A stretch of DNA of 64,000 nt, taken from Leucoraja erinacea. Its lineage: Eukaryota. Positions 36,751-48,012 of the stretch are shown here, piece by piece. The first letter of the stretch is position 1. Every line of letters starts with the position of its first letter. The position numbers were made by a program, and so were the translations under genes. A model generated the notes under the pieces. The model made no database searches, was not told the origin of the DNA, and saw only the letters and a list, made by a program, of their open reading frames with translations. Location: NCBI RefSeq assembly GCF_028641065.1, contig NC_073386.1, positions 26,040,001-26,104,000 on the forward strand. Direction: 5' to 3'.

Positions 36751-38610
36751 TCAAGTCAAGAGTGTTTTATTGTCATATGTTCCGGACGGGACAATGAAAT
36801 TCTTACTTGCAGCAGCACAACAGAATATGCGAATATGTAAACATTGCATAATGCGGAAGAAAAAAAGAAAAAGTTCAATAAATAAAATATAGTGCAAATA
36901 ACAAATAATAATATAGTCTTTTGCAGATCATAGTTCATAGCTTATTTGTTATGTTTAATAGCCTGATGGCTGTGGGGAAGCAGCTGTTCCTGAACCCAGA
37001 CGTTAGTTTTCAGGCTCCTGTACCTTCTTCCTGATGGCAGTGGTGAGAACAGTGTGTGACCTGGATGGTGTGGGTCTTTGATGATTTTGGCTGCCTTTTT
37101 GAGGCAGCGACTGCGATAGATCCCTTCGACGGTGGGGAGGTCAAAGCCGGTGATGGACTGGGCAGTGGTCACTACTTTTTGGAGTCTTTTTCGATCCTGG
37201 ACATTCAAGTTACCGAACCAGGCCACAATGCAACCAGTCAGAATGCTCTCTACCGTGCACCTGTAGAACTTTAGGAGAATCCACTTCGACATGCCGAATC
37301 CGAGTAATCTTCTCAGGAAGTAGAGTCGCTGATGTGCCTTCTTTACAATTGCATCGGTGTGCTGGGTCCAGGAAAGATCTTCTGATATATGCACGCCCAG
37401 GAATTTGAAGTTGATATAAACAAGATTGTGGGTCCTCATCCTTCCCCTACCAAAGTCCACAATCAGTTCCTTGGTCTTACTGATGTTGAGAGCCAGGTTG
37501 TTGTGCTGGCACCATTTGGTCAGACAGTCAACCTCACTTCTATACTCTGACTCGTTCCCATCTTTGATTCGTCCAACCACAGTGGTGTCATCGGTGAACT
37601 TGATGGGAGTATGCATTGTGACCGGCTACGCAGTCATGGATATAGAGTGAGTAAAGCAGGGGGCTGAGCACGCAGCATTGAGATGCTCCCGTACTAATTG
37701 TTACTGAGGATGAAGTGGTTCCTCCAATTCGAACATCTGTTTGTGGATGAGGAAGTCGAGGATCCAATTACAGAGGAATGCGCAGAGGCCCAGTTCTGTG
37801 AGCTTGGTAACCATCTTGGAAGGGATGATGGTATTAAATGCCGAGCTGTAGTCTATAAACAACAACCTGATGTAGGTGTTTTTATTGTCCAAGTGGTCCA
37901 ATGCGGAGTGGAGAGCCAGTGAAATTGCATCCTCCGTTGACCTGGTGTGGCAGTATGCGAACTGAAGTTGGTTGAGGTTCTTGTTGAGGTGGGAGTTTAT
38001 GTGCACCATAACCAACCTCTCAAAGCACTTCATCACCACAGATGTTAGTGCCACTGGTCGATAGTCATTGAGGCACGTCACCTTACTCTTCTTGGGCACC
38101 GGTATTATTGATGCCCTCTTAAAGCAGGTGGAAACCTCAGTCCTCAGAAGTGAGAGGTTGAAAATATCTGCAAAAACTCCCACCAGTTGGTTTGCACAGG
38201 TCTTGAGAACTTGACGGGGTATACCATCAGGTCCAGGAGCTTTTCGAGGGTTCAACTCCCTGAAGGATCTTCTGACGTCGTCCTCTGACTAACACCGTCA
38301 GGGCGAATAGGGGTTTGGGAAGGCACATCAGTGTTCTCCCTATCGAAACGTGCATAGAAGGCATTGAGCTAGTCAGGGAGTGATGCTTCGCTGTCGTTTG
38401 AGCCGCCTCCTGATTTCGCCTTGTAAGAGGTGATGGCATTCAAGCCCTGCCACAGTTGCCGAACATCCGTCTCATCCTCCAGCTTAGAGCAGACGTCCCT
38501 TTTGGTCTTTTTGATGGCCTTACCAAGGTCGTATCTGGACTTCTTAATAGACCTCTGCATCGCCTGACCTGAAGCCCGGGATCTGGTCTTCAGGAGAATG
38601 CGGATCTCAT
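36751..38610 (-). mobile_element. 5'-truncated Rex1/Babar-type LINE
   Basis: [48 protein letters not shown] and KAHQRLYFLRRL; (CTTGA)n tail. Confidence 0.9.
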
Positions 38611-39419
38611 TTAATTGACATAATGACGTTTAATTGAGACTAGATAAAAAACTGGAATATATCTGAAATTATTGAATTTGTGCTGAGAACAGTAATGTCC
38701 CAAGTTAATAAATAAGTTTCTTGAGCTTACACTAACTAGACTTCATTGGATCAATGGAAGAGGCCAAGGACAGAGCAATTAAAATATAATGCACAATTAC
38801 ATTGAATGGCAACCCTAGCACATTCTTGGACACTGAATGCGGGTGCACAGCATTTGGTTTCTCCCACATAATGGACACCACAGAGTTGGCATTGAGTTTA
38901 GTATGTTATTTTGGAAAAGGCACAGATGATTGGCTGCTGCATCCAAAGTCCAGAACAAGGTTCACAAGATTCATTAATTGAGGTATTTTAGGAATTTGCT
39001 TGGTCACCCATTGTAGTTACCAAAAGCCAGATTTGTGTTCTCTTCCTCAAAATGGATTTCCATTTAACTGGTTCATTACAGAAATTGAATAAGTGGGAAA
39101 CAATATAGTCAGCTGGCAAATTAGTCACTAATCAGATTTTAATTTCCTTTGGGTTGCAACAAGCCATAGAGTTCAAAAGGAACAATGGGACATTGTGCTG
39201 CCAGTTCCTAATGTTAGCTGGCACGAAGCCTGAGACTTCCATGTGCTGGTTATCAAAATTTTAAACCCATGATTTACTAATCAATTTTAAACCATGGTTG
39301 TCAGGTTGGTTGGTTACAAGATTTTCCAAGAAATCGCTGAGATATAACAGGATTCGATGGTATATTAATTTCAATGCAGATTCTGTAAACTTGGGCAAGA
39401 TGGAGTTCCTTAATTTTTC

Positions 39420-40210
39420 CCTCGGGAGGCAATTTATCCACTATCGATTACAGACCCACTAACTCCCACAGCCACCTAGACCATACCTCCACCCGCCCTG
39501 TCTCATGTAAGGCTGCCATCCCTTACCCTCAGTTTCTCTGGCTCCACTAATCTGTTTGAGATTAGGTTTTCCAGGACATTAATATTGTCCTCTTTTTCAG
39601 GAAATATGACATTCCCAAACTGGTTGCCCAAGCATCTTATCCATATCTCCACCTCCACTAGGTTCTGTACTTCGACTCTTGCCTCCCTCCCAACAGGAGT
39701 AGAATACCCTTAGTTCTTAACTTTCACCCTACCAGCCTCCACATCTTGCACATCATTCTTTGATATTTCTGTCAGCTACAACGTGATCCCACCTCCAGTC
39801 ACACCTTAGCCCTGTTGCCCTTATCACCCTCTTATTTCCCCCCCACACTGATTTTCCTCTCTACCCTCGCCACACACTCCCAGCACTGGATTCCCCCCAC
39901 CCTTCTGTCCACCCTTCCCCTCCCTTTGTTGTTCTCATCTGCCTTTGCCAACACCTCCCCCCCCCCCACGACTGTAATCTACCAACAAACTCCTTGCCTG
40001 GATCGATCTATCGCTTGAAAGCTCTTAGCCCACCCTTTCACCTATCCCTTTACACTGGTTACTTCCCCTCTACTCTTCCAGTCTAGATGAAGGGTCTGGT
40101 CCCAAATCTTCAACTGTTTATTTCCCTCCACCGATGCTGCTTGAACCCCTAGGTTCCTCCAGATGCTCTCCTCTTTTCTTGCTACTGATTCCAGCATCTG
40201 TAATCTCTTT
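39420..40210 (+). mobile_element. Old degraded Penelope-like element
   Basis: Remnants alignable by eye to 23424-24545 (CCCACTAACTCCCAC, CTTTCACCCTACCAGCCTCCACATC, degenerate terminal repeat). Confidence 0.6.
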
Positions 40211-41159
40211 GACCTTTTTTTTTGTCTTTAATTAATTTAATTCTTTAATTATATACATTTTGAAAATTATTGTAGATTAATTACTTTAAATTTTAATATA
40301 TCTGTTGAAAAGCCTGCTATCGTGCAACCCACATTATTACAGTTCGGCAAGATCTGACTTTAAGCTGCAGCAGCTCTGAATTTTTTAGGTTAATCATTAC
40401 AATTCTGGAAATGGAGTTATATACCTTTTCTGGATATAAAATGAATAATGGAAAGGCATTTTAATGGCTGTAGACTCTGTAGAATTGGATTTATTAGACC
40501 AATCCAGCATTTATTTCCCATTTGTATTTGAATCCTTTGTGTTCTGAAAATACTGCCACAATGTTGTCATGTAGGATAAGGTAGCATTTTGAGGAAATAT
40601 TCTGCATACAGTAATAGTGTGAGATGTTGGCAGTACAATGTGCTCAACCTTTACCCTATTGCAATGTGTCATAATGGAATACAATAAATTGCCTAAGAAT
40701 TTATTTTATTTTTCTTAGGCATTGCATTCCTATTGTGTAAAAGTCAGAATCTGCCTGCTTGTATAGTATTTATTAATTATCTGTTTCTTGGGACACAAAG
40801 CATTTATAAATCTTGGTGTTTGTTTTTTAATGCATTATTTCTGGTGTTATATTCATTTCCCCAACATATTTGTTTTGTTTGAACACAATTTTTAATTTTG
40901 TAAATTCTAAGTCTGGTTGCAATGTGTAGCACATAAAACAATTTCAATTTACTTAATTTGAAGACTAAACATAAATGGAATGACTGGTTCAAACAAGTGG
41001 GGTTTACTCTTATTGTAAATGGTGCAACATTATCACAATTAGAAATCAGCTTTGCTTTTGGGGGTAAAGGAGAAGAATCTGTGCAGTGGGATAGATTAAA
41101 TGATTATTATTTCAGTATGGGCTCTCATCTCGCTAACTCACTCTTTCTAAACCGTCATA

Positions 41160-41595
41160 AGGAATAAGAGTAGAATTAGGCCATTCGGCCCATCAACTAC
41201 TCCACCATTCACTCATGGCCAATCTATCCCTTCCTCCTAACCCTATTCTCCTGCCTTCTCCCTCAAACTGACACCTATACTAATCAAGAATTTATGCCTT
41301 AAAAATATCCTATGACTTGGACTCCACAACCTTCTGTGGCAAAGAATTCCACAGAGTCACCACCTGACTAAAAAAAAATCTTATCTCCCTCCTAAAAGAA
41401 TGTCCTTTAATCCTGAGGCTATGACCTCTAGTCCTAGGCTCTCCCACCAGTGGAAACATCCACTCCACATCCACTCAAACCATGCCTTTCACTATACTGT
41501 ATGTTTCAATTAGGTCCCCCCTCATTCTTCTAAACTCCAGTGAGTACAAGCCCAGTGCCGACAAACGCTCATCATAGGTTAACCTACTCATTTCT
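41160..41595 (-). mobile_element. CR1 LINE 3' fragment
   Basis: Reverse complement of the CR1 ORF2 end and 3' UTR. Confidence 0.7.
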
Positions 41596-42215
41596 GTGCA
41601 GAACCACGTCATGGAAGAGTGCTGACAGACAGTTAATACTGGAGTAGCCCCAAACCACTACTACACATTACATCATGCCCTTTCCCACCAGTTAGTAACT
41701 TTTTGATTCTTACTGTACCAGGGTTAAAAGAATACTAAACCAGTAGGTAACATAGCCAGATTTAATTGAAAAGGAGCATTGGCTAAAATTTGAGATCAGT
41801 TTAGCTAGTAATGTGTATCTTCCAAGCAGGCGAACATTAAAGAATTACCTGAACAATGGTGACAATTTGTTGAGCATCTTGAGAGTCACGTGCTAACCAG
41901 GATGTAGGTAACTAAGAGAATCAGTACCAGTTATATTTCCCTGAAGGCAGTTTCAGTGTAAGATATGTAATGGAAATTTGCAAGAACAACATGAGTGAGT
42001 GCAGGTCACCACCTCTCTAGTTTGCACTGGACAAGTTTTGTTTCTCTTGGTCAATTAACAACAAGTGGGGCATATGTGTTAGCTCAGCAAAAAAAATTGG
42101 CAAAAGAAAGTAAACAAAAAAAACAAAACACCCCAGAAACTACTCAACAAAGATCAAGAGAACTACTGGAGTATATGCAAATAGATATTGGGCACATTAA
42201 ATGGTCCTTTAATTA

Positions 42216-42814
42216 CCGTATTTCCCAACAATGAAGACGATATTTTTTACCCTAAAATAAGGTCCGAAGATTTACCTGCATCTTGGAGGCCGAAGGTTAG
42301 ATTGTTAGCTAAGAAAGATAGACTTGGCTATCCCTCAGTACAGCGGCTGGAAAAGGACAGCACCACTGGGGGAGAGAGAGTTCCTTCCAGTGTGTGGGGA
42401 GTCTGGCCCAGGTCAGCACGGCTGGGCCACCAGGGGTAAAGTGCGGGGAGGGCAGGAGCATTGAGAAGAAGGGGGTCGGGGATCATGCCAGCAACTCACT
42501 CAGTAGCTCGGGTGGCTGTGAGCGGCTGCCGGGATTGGACAGCAGAACTGCAGCTAGTCCCGGGGCTCGCAGGCGAACTGGGTGTGACAGCTAGTCCTGG
42601 GGCTTGCAGGCGACCTGGAAACTACAGCTGGTCCCGGGGACACGAGGGATCTGGGAACTGAAGCTAGCCCTGGCCCTTATGCAAAAAAGGGTTGCCGACC
42701 TCTGGACTAAACCAAACCCTTGATATTGTCCCACCAGCCTTTTTTCAAAATTTAGCAACACAAAGTGGGGGTGCGTCTTCAATGCAGGTGCGTCTTCATT
42801 GCCAGGAAATACGG
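42216..42814. mobile_element. Tc1/mariner-superfamily (pogo/Tc2-like) MITE
   Basis: TA|CCGTATTTCCCAACAATGAAGACG...CGTCTTCATTGCCAGGAAATACGG|TA; no ORF; GC-rich interior. Confidence 0.8.
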
Positions 42815-43074
42815 TATATCACTAGGCTGGTTGACAAATGAATTGCCCAATTAAATCCATCTACTGTAAGTAGCATTGCTTCCAAATGTAATCTTGTGCT
42901 TAAAGTAGCAAAACCAGTTAAACTACCAGCCAGAAGGAATTCAATCCTGCTCTGATGCGTTCAAAACAATGACACGTGCCTACAAGACAACGGATAAGGG
43001 TGGAAATTACCCCCAGTTTTGTGGTTTATCAATAACCACAGCACTACCTGTCTTTTTGTATGGTAGGGAAGCAA

Positions 43075-43380
43075 TCTATACATTACATAACTAAAAATCT
43101 CATCTTATCTTCTGCTTTGTGTTTTTACATTTGCGCGAAAACGGTACATGATAGCAGTACCTTGCCATGCTCCTGTGCTGCAAGTGCAACAAGTTTTGTT
43201 CCGATCAGTGGTATATTTTAAAAGTAATTAAGGTTTAAATATTTTTTTAAACTGCGCATGCGCAGATTGGCCTCCTCTCCTGTCAGTCACCGCTGGGATG
43301 CCCCTTGCTGCACTGATTGGCTGCGTCTGCTGTCAGTCACCAGCACCCGCTGGCCTCTGCGGGAAATACACGTTAATATT
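43075..43380 (+). mobile_element. Possible Helitron 5' fragment
   Basis: A|TCTATACATTACATAACTAAAA start resembles Helitron 5' ends; no 3' hairpin-CTAG found. Confidence 0.35.
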
Positions 43381-43389
43381 CATTTGACA

Positions 43390-43760
43390 TAGTCTCCTTT
43401 ACATCGGCAAAACCATGTGACTGGGCAACAATTTCACCGAGTATTTGCGCTCAGTAGGCCAAGACCTGCTGGATCTATCGGTCGCTAACCATTTTAAATC
43501 CCCATCCCATAGTAACCTTTCTGTCTTGGGCCTCCTCCATTGCCAGAGTGAGGCCACACAAATTGGAGGAACAGCCCCTCATATTTCACGGGTAGCTTAC
43601 AACCTATAAATATGAACAATGAAAGACACAGTGGCACTTTCTCCCCGCCTCCCACTACAATCAGCCTGAAGAAGGGCCCCAACCTGAAACCTGGCCTCTC
43701 CATGATCTCCAGAGATACTGCCTGACCTGTTGAGTTACTCCAGCACTTTGTGTCTTTTTA
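43390..43760 (+). mobile_element. Penelope-like 3' fragment
   Basis: LLYIG remnant, KLEEQPLIF and a terminal repeat with CTGAAGAAGGG...TGAAAC. Confidence 0.65.
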
Positions 43761-43932
43761 AATCTAAATTCTCTGTTGACTGAGGAATAAACATTGTCCA
43801 TTACACTGGGCTCATGATCTTTGAAATAATTCCATAAGATATTTTGCATCTCCCTCGAGAGTAGTATAATTGGTATTATTGTCATCTTTTTTGTAGTTAT
43901 TGCCATGCAGCAAACGATTTGGCGTCAGCCTG

Positions 43933-44215
43933 TTTAGTTTAGAAATACAGCGCGGAAACAGGCCCTTCGGCCCACCGGGTCCGCGCCGAGCAGCGATCCC
44001 CGTATTTGATACCTACACCCACTAGGGACAATTGTTACATTTACCAAGCCAATCAACCTAGAAACCTGTACCGCATTGCGACTTTTCATTTTACTGCACA
44101 TCTCGTATGCGTATGTGACAAATAGACTTGACTTGACTTGTACGTCTTTGAAGTGTGGGAGGAAACCAAAGATCTCGGAGAAAACCCACGGGGAGAACGC
44201 ACAAACTCCGTACAG
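43933..44215 (-). mobile_element. V-SINE fragment with nested LINE tail
   Basis: (GTTTA)n tail, V-domain reverse complement; nested (GACTT)n tail at ~44125-44140. Confidence 0.6.
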
Positions 44216-44859
44216 ACTTGTATTTATCTCAATTAAATAATACTCAGGATGGAACCATTCAAATGAATATTAACGTGTATTTAATGATATTTCACTGGTC
44301 CTTCCTTTGTTTTGCACGATGGTTTTCCAACTTAAGAAACGTTTTAGCATTTGTCTTCCTGTCTGACGGTGATGAATTTTTCTGATGGATTCATTTTGTC
44401 CTAAATCTTTTGTGTTGTTATTAAAACACAATTGACCCAATCACAAACTAATTATTGAAATACGGTGCTTTCTGCACTTGCAGGCTTTGAAATATATTGC
44501 ATAAAACTTACAGAAGAGAAACTGGTCACCTGACCAAACTGTAGCTTATTCTCCACATTATCTTTCACTCACCTTATTCCAGTAAAATGTGTGCGCAGAT
44601 CTCCTCCCTCCTTGAACTCTCCCCTTCAACTGCTCGTGATTGCATCTCCCACATTTTAATCATACTCTGGTTGACGAAGTTCCTCTTGAATTCCCCATCC
44701 CACCCTAGCTTCTGGTTTATGAGGAAACAAAGACAAAGATCAGTCTCAAATCTCTACAAACTGGCTGTCTGTACAGCAGACAATGAAAATATACATTTTA
44801 AATTGTCATTTTTATTAATTTATCAAGACACTTGGAGCTTTTTGTTATGAAAGCAATCT

Positions 44860-45185
44860 GCACTCCTCGTGATTAGCCTGGGTGGGACCGAATATGAAGG
44901 CGTTTGTTGGGAGTGGCGTGTGCGCAATGAAACCTCACGCGTCATTCACCAGCCCTGGGAACCCTCGGCGAAAGGAATCATTCTTAACTTCAGGACTCCA
45001 CCAGTTGGTTTTCGTGACCGGGAATTGCGCCGCTCACCTGAACCGATGTCCGCGTACACGAACCTCACGTCGCTCTGGAAGCAGAAGACCAAGTCCGAGC
45101 TGAGGTGAGCGCTGCCCGCGAGCGGCGGCGGCGGGTCGGTGCTCGCGCTGCCCGGGAGCGGCGGCGGCGGGTCCGTCCGTACGCT
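44860..45185 (+). promoter_or_regulatory. CpG-rich candidate TTC39A promoter / first-exon region
   Basis: Abrupt CpG enrichment in non-repetitive sequence, GC/GT-box-like GGGTGGG and GGAGTGGCG, surrounding an ATG-containing exon. Confidence 0.6.
45046..45104 (+). CDS. TTC39A: Candidate TTC39A first coding exon: MSAYTNLTSLWKQKTKSEL(R)
   Basis: ATG in a CpG island, strong GAG|gtgagc donor; phase 2 joins in frame to 58579. The N-terminal sequence itself is not recognisable. Confidence 0.65.
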
Positions 45186-45441
45186 TTTATATATTTGTGC
45201 TACAGAACGATAAGTTTTAAACTTCGTTAGTTCTGCTTTGAACTTGATCGTCCGGAATGCAAACAATTTTGTTCTACTTTCAGTTCCAAAGAAACAAAAT
45301 GCCAGTTCAATATCGCTGGCCTTAGAGCACATCGTAAGAATTTCTATCCAATCTTCAACTAGCTATGTTCTTACTTTACTTTAAAAAAAAAAGTTAGATA
45401 GAGCTCGAGGTAGGGGCTAGCGGAATCAAGGTACGCTAGAC

Positions 45442-45470
45442 CAAAGATCCTAGATCCTCTAGGATCTTTG
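45442..45470. mobile_element. 29-bp hairpin micro-MITE
   Basis: CAAAGATCCTAGA-TCC-TCTAGGATCTTTG; flanks CGCTAGAC / TACTAGAC (6/8 match). Confidence 0.55.
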
Positions 45471-46305
45471 TACTAGACCAAGTGCAGACACGTTGGGTCT
45501 GTTTCCCCAACGGCGTTTGCGGGGGGGGGGGGGGGGGGGGGGGGGGTGAGAAGGGGGGAGGAGAGGAGGAGGAAACGGGATAGATTTGGGAGGGAAAGGA
45601 GAGCGGGGTAGGGGGTGAGAGATGTGAGGGAGGATGGGGTGGGGGATAGAGGGGAAAGAGTGGGGAGAGAGAGGGGAGGGGAAGGTGGAGAGAAGTGGAA
45701 GAGTGGGGAGGGAGGAGGAGAGGGGTAGCGGGAGTGATGGAAGGGGGTGGGGTAGAGAGGGAAGGGGGGTGGGGGAGAGAGAGATGGGTGGGAGAGGGAG
45801 AGGGGTGATGAGAGGTAAACATAGAAATTAAGTGCAGGAGTAGGCCATTCGGCCCTTCGAGCCTGCCCGCCATTCAATATGATCATGGCTGATCATCCAA
45901 CTCAGTATCCAGTACCTGCCTTCTCTTCATACCCCCTGATCCCCTTAGCCACAAGGGCCACATCTAACTCCCTCTTAAATCTAGCCAATGAACTGGCCTC
46001 AACTACCTTCTGTGGCAGAGAGTTCCAGAGACTCACCACTATCTGTGTGAAAATGTTTTCCTCATCTCAGTACTAAAGGATTTCCCCTTTATCCTTAAAC
46101 TGTGTCCCGCTTGTCCTGGACTTCCCCAACATCGGGAACAATCTTCCTGCATCTTTACTTAAAATGCAATTCAGGACTTTTATCTTCACAAGCAAAGTCA
46201 GAATGACGGCTAGTGAAGAATTCGAATAATCGCTGAGCGTTCAGATGCTGCGCCCGTCTCCTGCACCAAAGGGGGGGGGGGGGGGGGAGCGTGTGTCGTC
46301 ACACA

Positions 46306-46345
46306 CAAAGATCTTGTAGCGGAGAGCTCCGCTATAAGATCTTTG
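46306..46345. mobile_element. 40-bp hairpin micro-MITE with 8-bp TSD
   Basis: CAAAGATCTTGTAGCGGAG-AG-CTCCGCTATAAGATCTTTG; flanks GTCACACA / GTCACATA. Confidence 0.7.
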
Positions 46346-46584
46346 GTCACATACTAAGCACGCGCCTCCACAAACAGTTGAGCGTCTTCTTGAATGGAGA
46401 GCGCGTGGCCGCCTCCACAAACAGTCACACACACTATGGACCCGCCCCCACAAAAAATATTGTGTGAGGATGGGGGAGGAGGAGTGGGGGGGGGGGGGGG
46501 GGGGGTTGGAGCGGGCATGCATGAGTTGAGAGAAGAGAGAGAGAAGGTCAGAGAGAGAGAGTGAGGCTGGTTGAGACAACAACA

Positions 46585-46790
46585 AAAAAGCTGGATAAAC
46601 TCAGCGGGTGCAGCAGCATCTATGGACCGAAGGAAAAGGGCAATGTTTTTGGCCGAAACCCTTCTTCCGGGTTTCGGTCAAAAACGTTGACCATTCAATT
46701 CGCTCCATAGATGCTGCCGCACCCGCTGAGTTTATCCAGCCTTTTTTATGTCTACCTTCGATTTTCCAGCATCTGTAGTTCCTTCTTAAA
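46585..46790. mobile_element. Fold-back pair of Penelope terminal fragments
   Basis: Inverted arms GCTGGATAAACTCAGCGGG... / ...CCCGCTGAGTTTATCCAGC joined at the hammerhead-like region. Confidence 0.75.
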
Positions 46791-47494
46791 GACAGAGACT
46801 GTGCACGGTAAGGGAATGAGGAGGGAGAGGGGGGAAGAGTGTGGAGGGGGGGGGGAGAGAGAGGGATGGGGAGGGGGATAGGGGTGGGGGGAGAGAAGGG
46901 AAGAGTGTGGGGGGGGGGGAGAGAAGTGGAAGAGTAGGGGGGGGGGGAGAGGGGTAGCAGGAGTGGTGGAAGAGGGACAGGGGGAGTGGTGGAAGAGGGA
47001 CAGAGGGGTAGGGGAAGGGGTGGGGGAGAGAGGGGAAGGGAGGGGGAGACAGGGGTGGAGGGGGAGAGGGTAAGGGGAGAGAAGAGGGAGGGGTAGGGAG
47101 AGTGTGTGGAAGAGGACAGAGGGGAAGGGGGTGGGGTAGAGAGGGAAGGGGGGGGGGAGAGAGGGATGGGAGAGGGGTGAGGAGAGGGAGAGGGGGGGAG
47201 AGAAGTGGAAGAGTGGGGGGGGAGGGAGGGAGGGATAGCGGGAGTGGTGGAAGAGGGATGGGGGAGTGGTGGAAGAGGGACAGAGGGGTGGGAAGAGGTG
47301 TGACAGGGAGGGGAAGAAAGAGGGGTGAGGGAGGGAAAGGGGTGGGGTAAGGGGCGAGAAGTGGAAGAGTGGGGAGGGAGGGGTAGAGGGACTGGTGGAA
47401 GAGGGACAGAGTGGTGGGGGGAGAGGGAAGAGGGTGGGGTAGAGAGGGAAGGGGGATAGAGGGATGGGAGAGGGAGAGGGGTGAGGAGAGGGAA

Positions 47495-48012
47495 ACATAG
47501 AAACATAGAAATTAAGTGCAGGAGTTGGCCATTCGGCCCTTCTAGCCTGCACCACCATTCAATATGATCATGGCTGATCATCCAACTCAGTATCCTGTAC
47601 CTGCCTTCTCTCCATACCCCCTGATCCCTTTAGCCGCAAGGGCCACATCTAACTCCCTCTTAAATATAGCCAATGAACTGACCTCAACTACCTTCTGTGG
47701 CAGAGAATTCCAGAGATTCACCACTCTGTGTGTGAAAAAATGTTTTTCTCACCTCTGTCCTAAAGGATTTCCCCCTTATCCTTAAACTGTGACCCCTTGT
47801 TCTGGTCTTCCCCAACATCCGGAACAATCTTCCTGCATGTAGCCTGTCCAACCCCTTAAGAATTTTATACGTTTCTATAAGATACCCCCTCAATCTTCTA
47901 AAATCTAGCGAGTACAAGGTGAGTCTATCCAGTCTTTCTTCATTTGAAAGTCCTGACATTCCAGGAATCAGTCTGGTGAACCTTCTCTGTACTCCCTCTA
48001 TGGCAACAATGT
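47495..48012 (-). mobile_element. CR1 3' fragment (sister copies at 45817-46153 and 50235-50745)
   Basis: AIEGVQRRFTRLIPGMSGL...TRGHSLRIRG; same junction to purine-rich DNA in all three copies. Confidence 0.9.
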
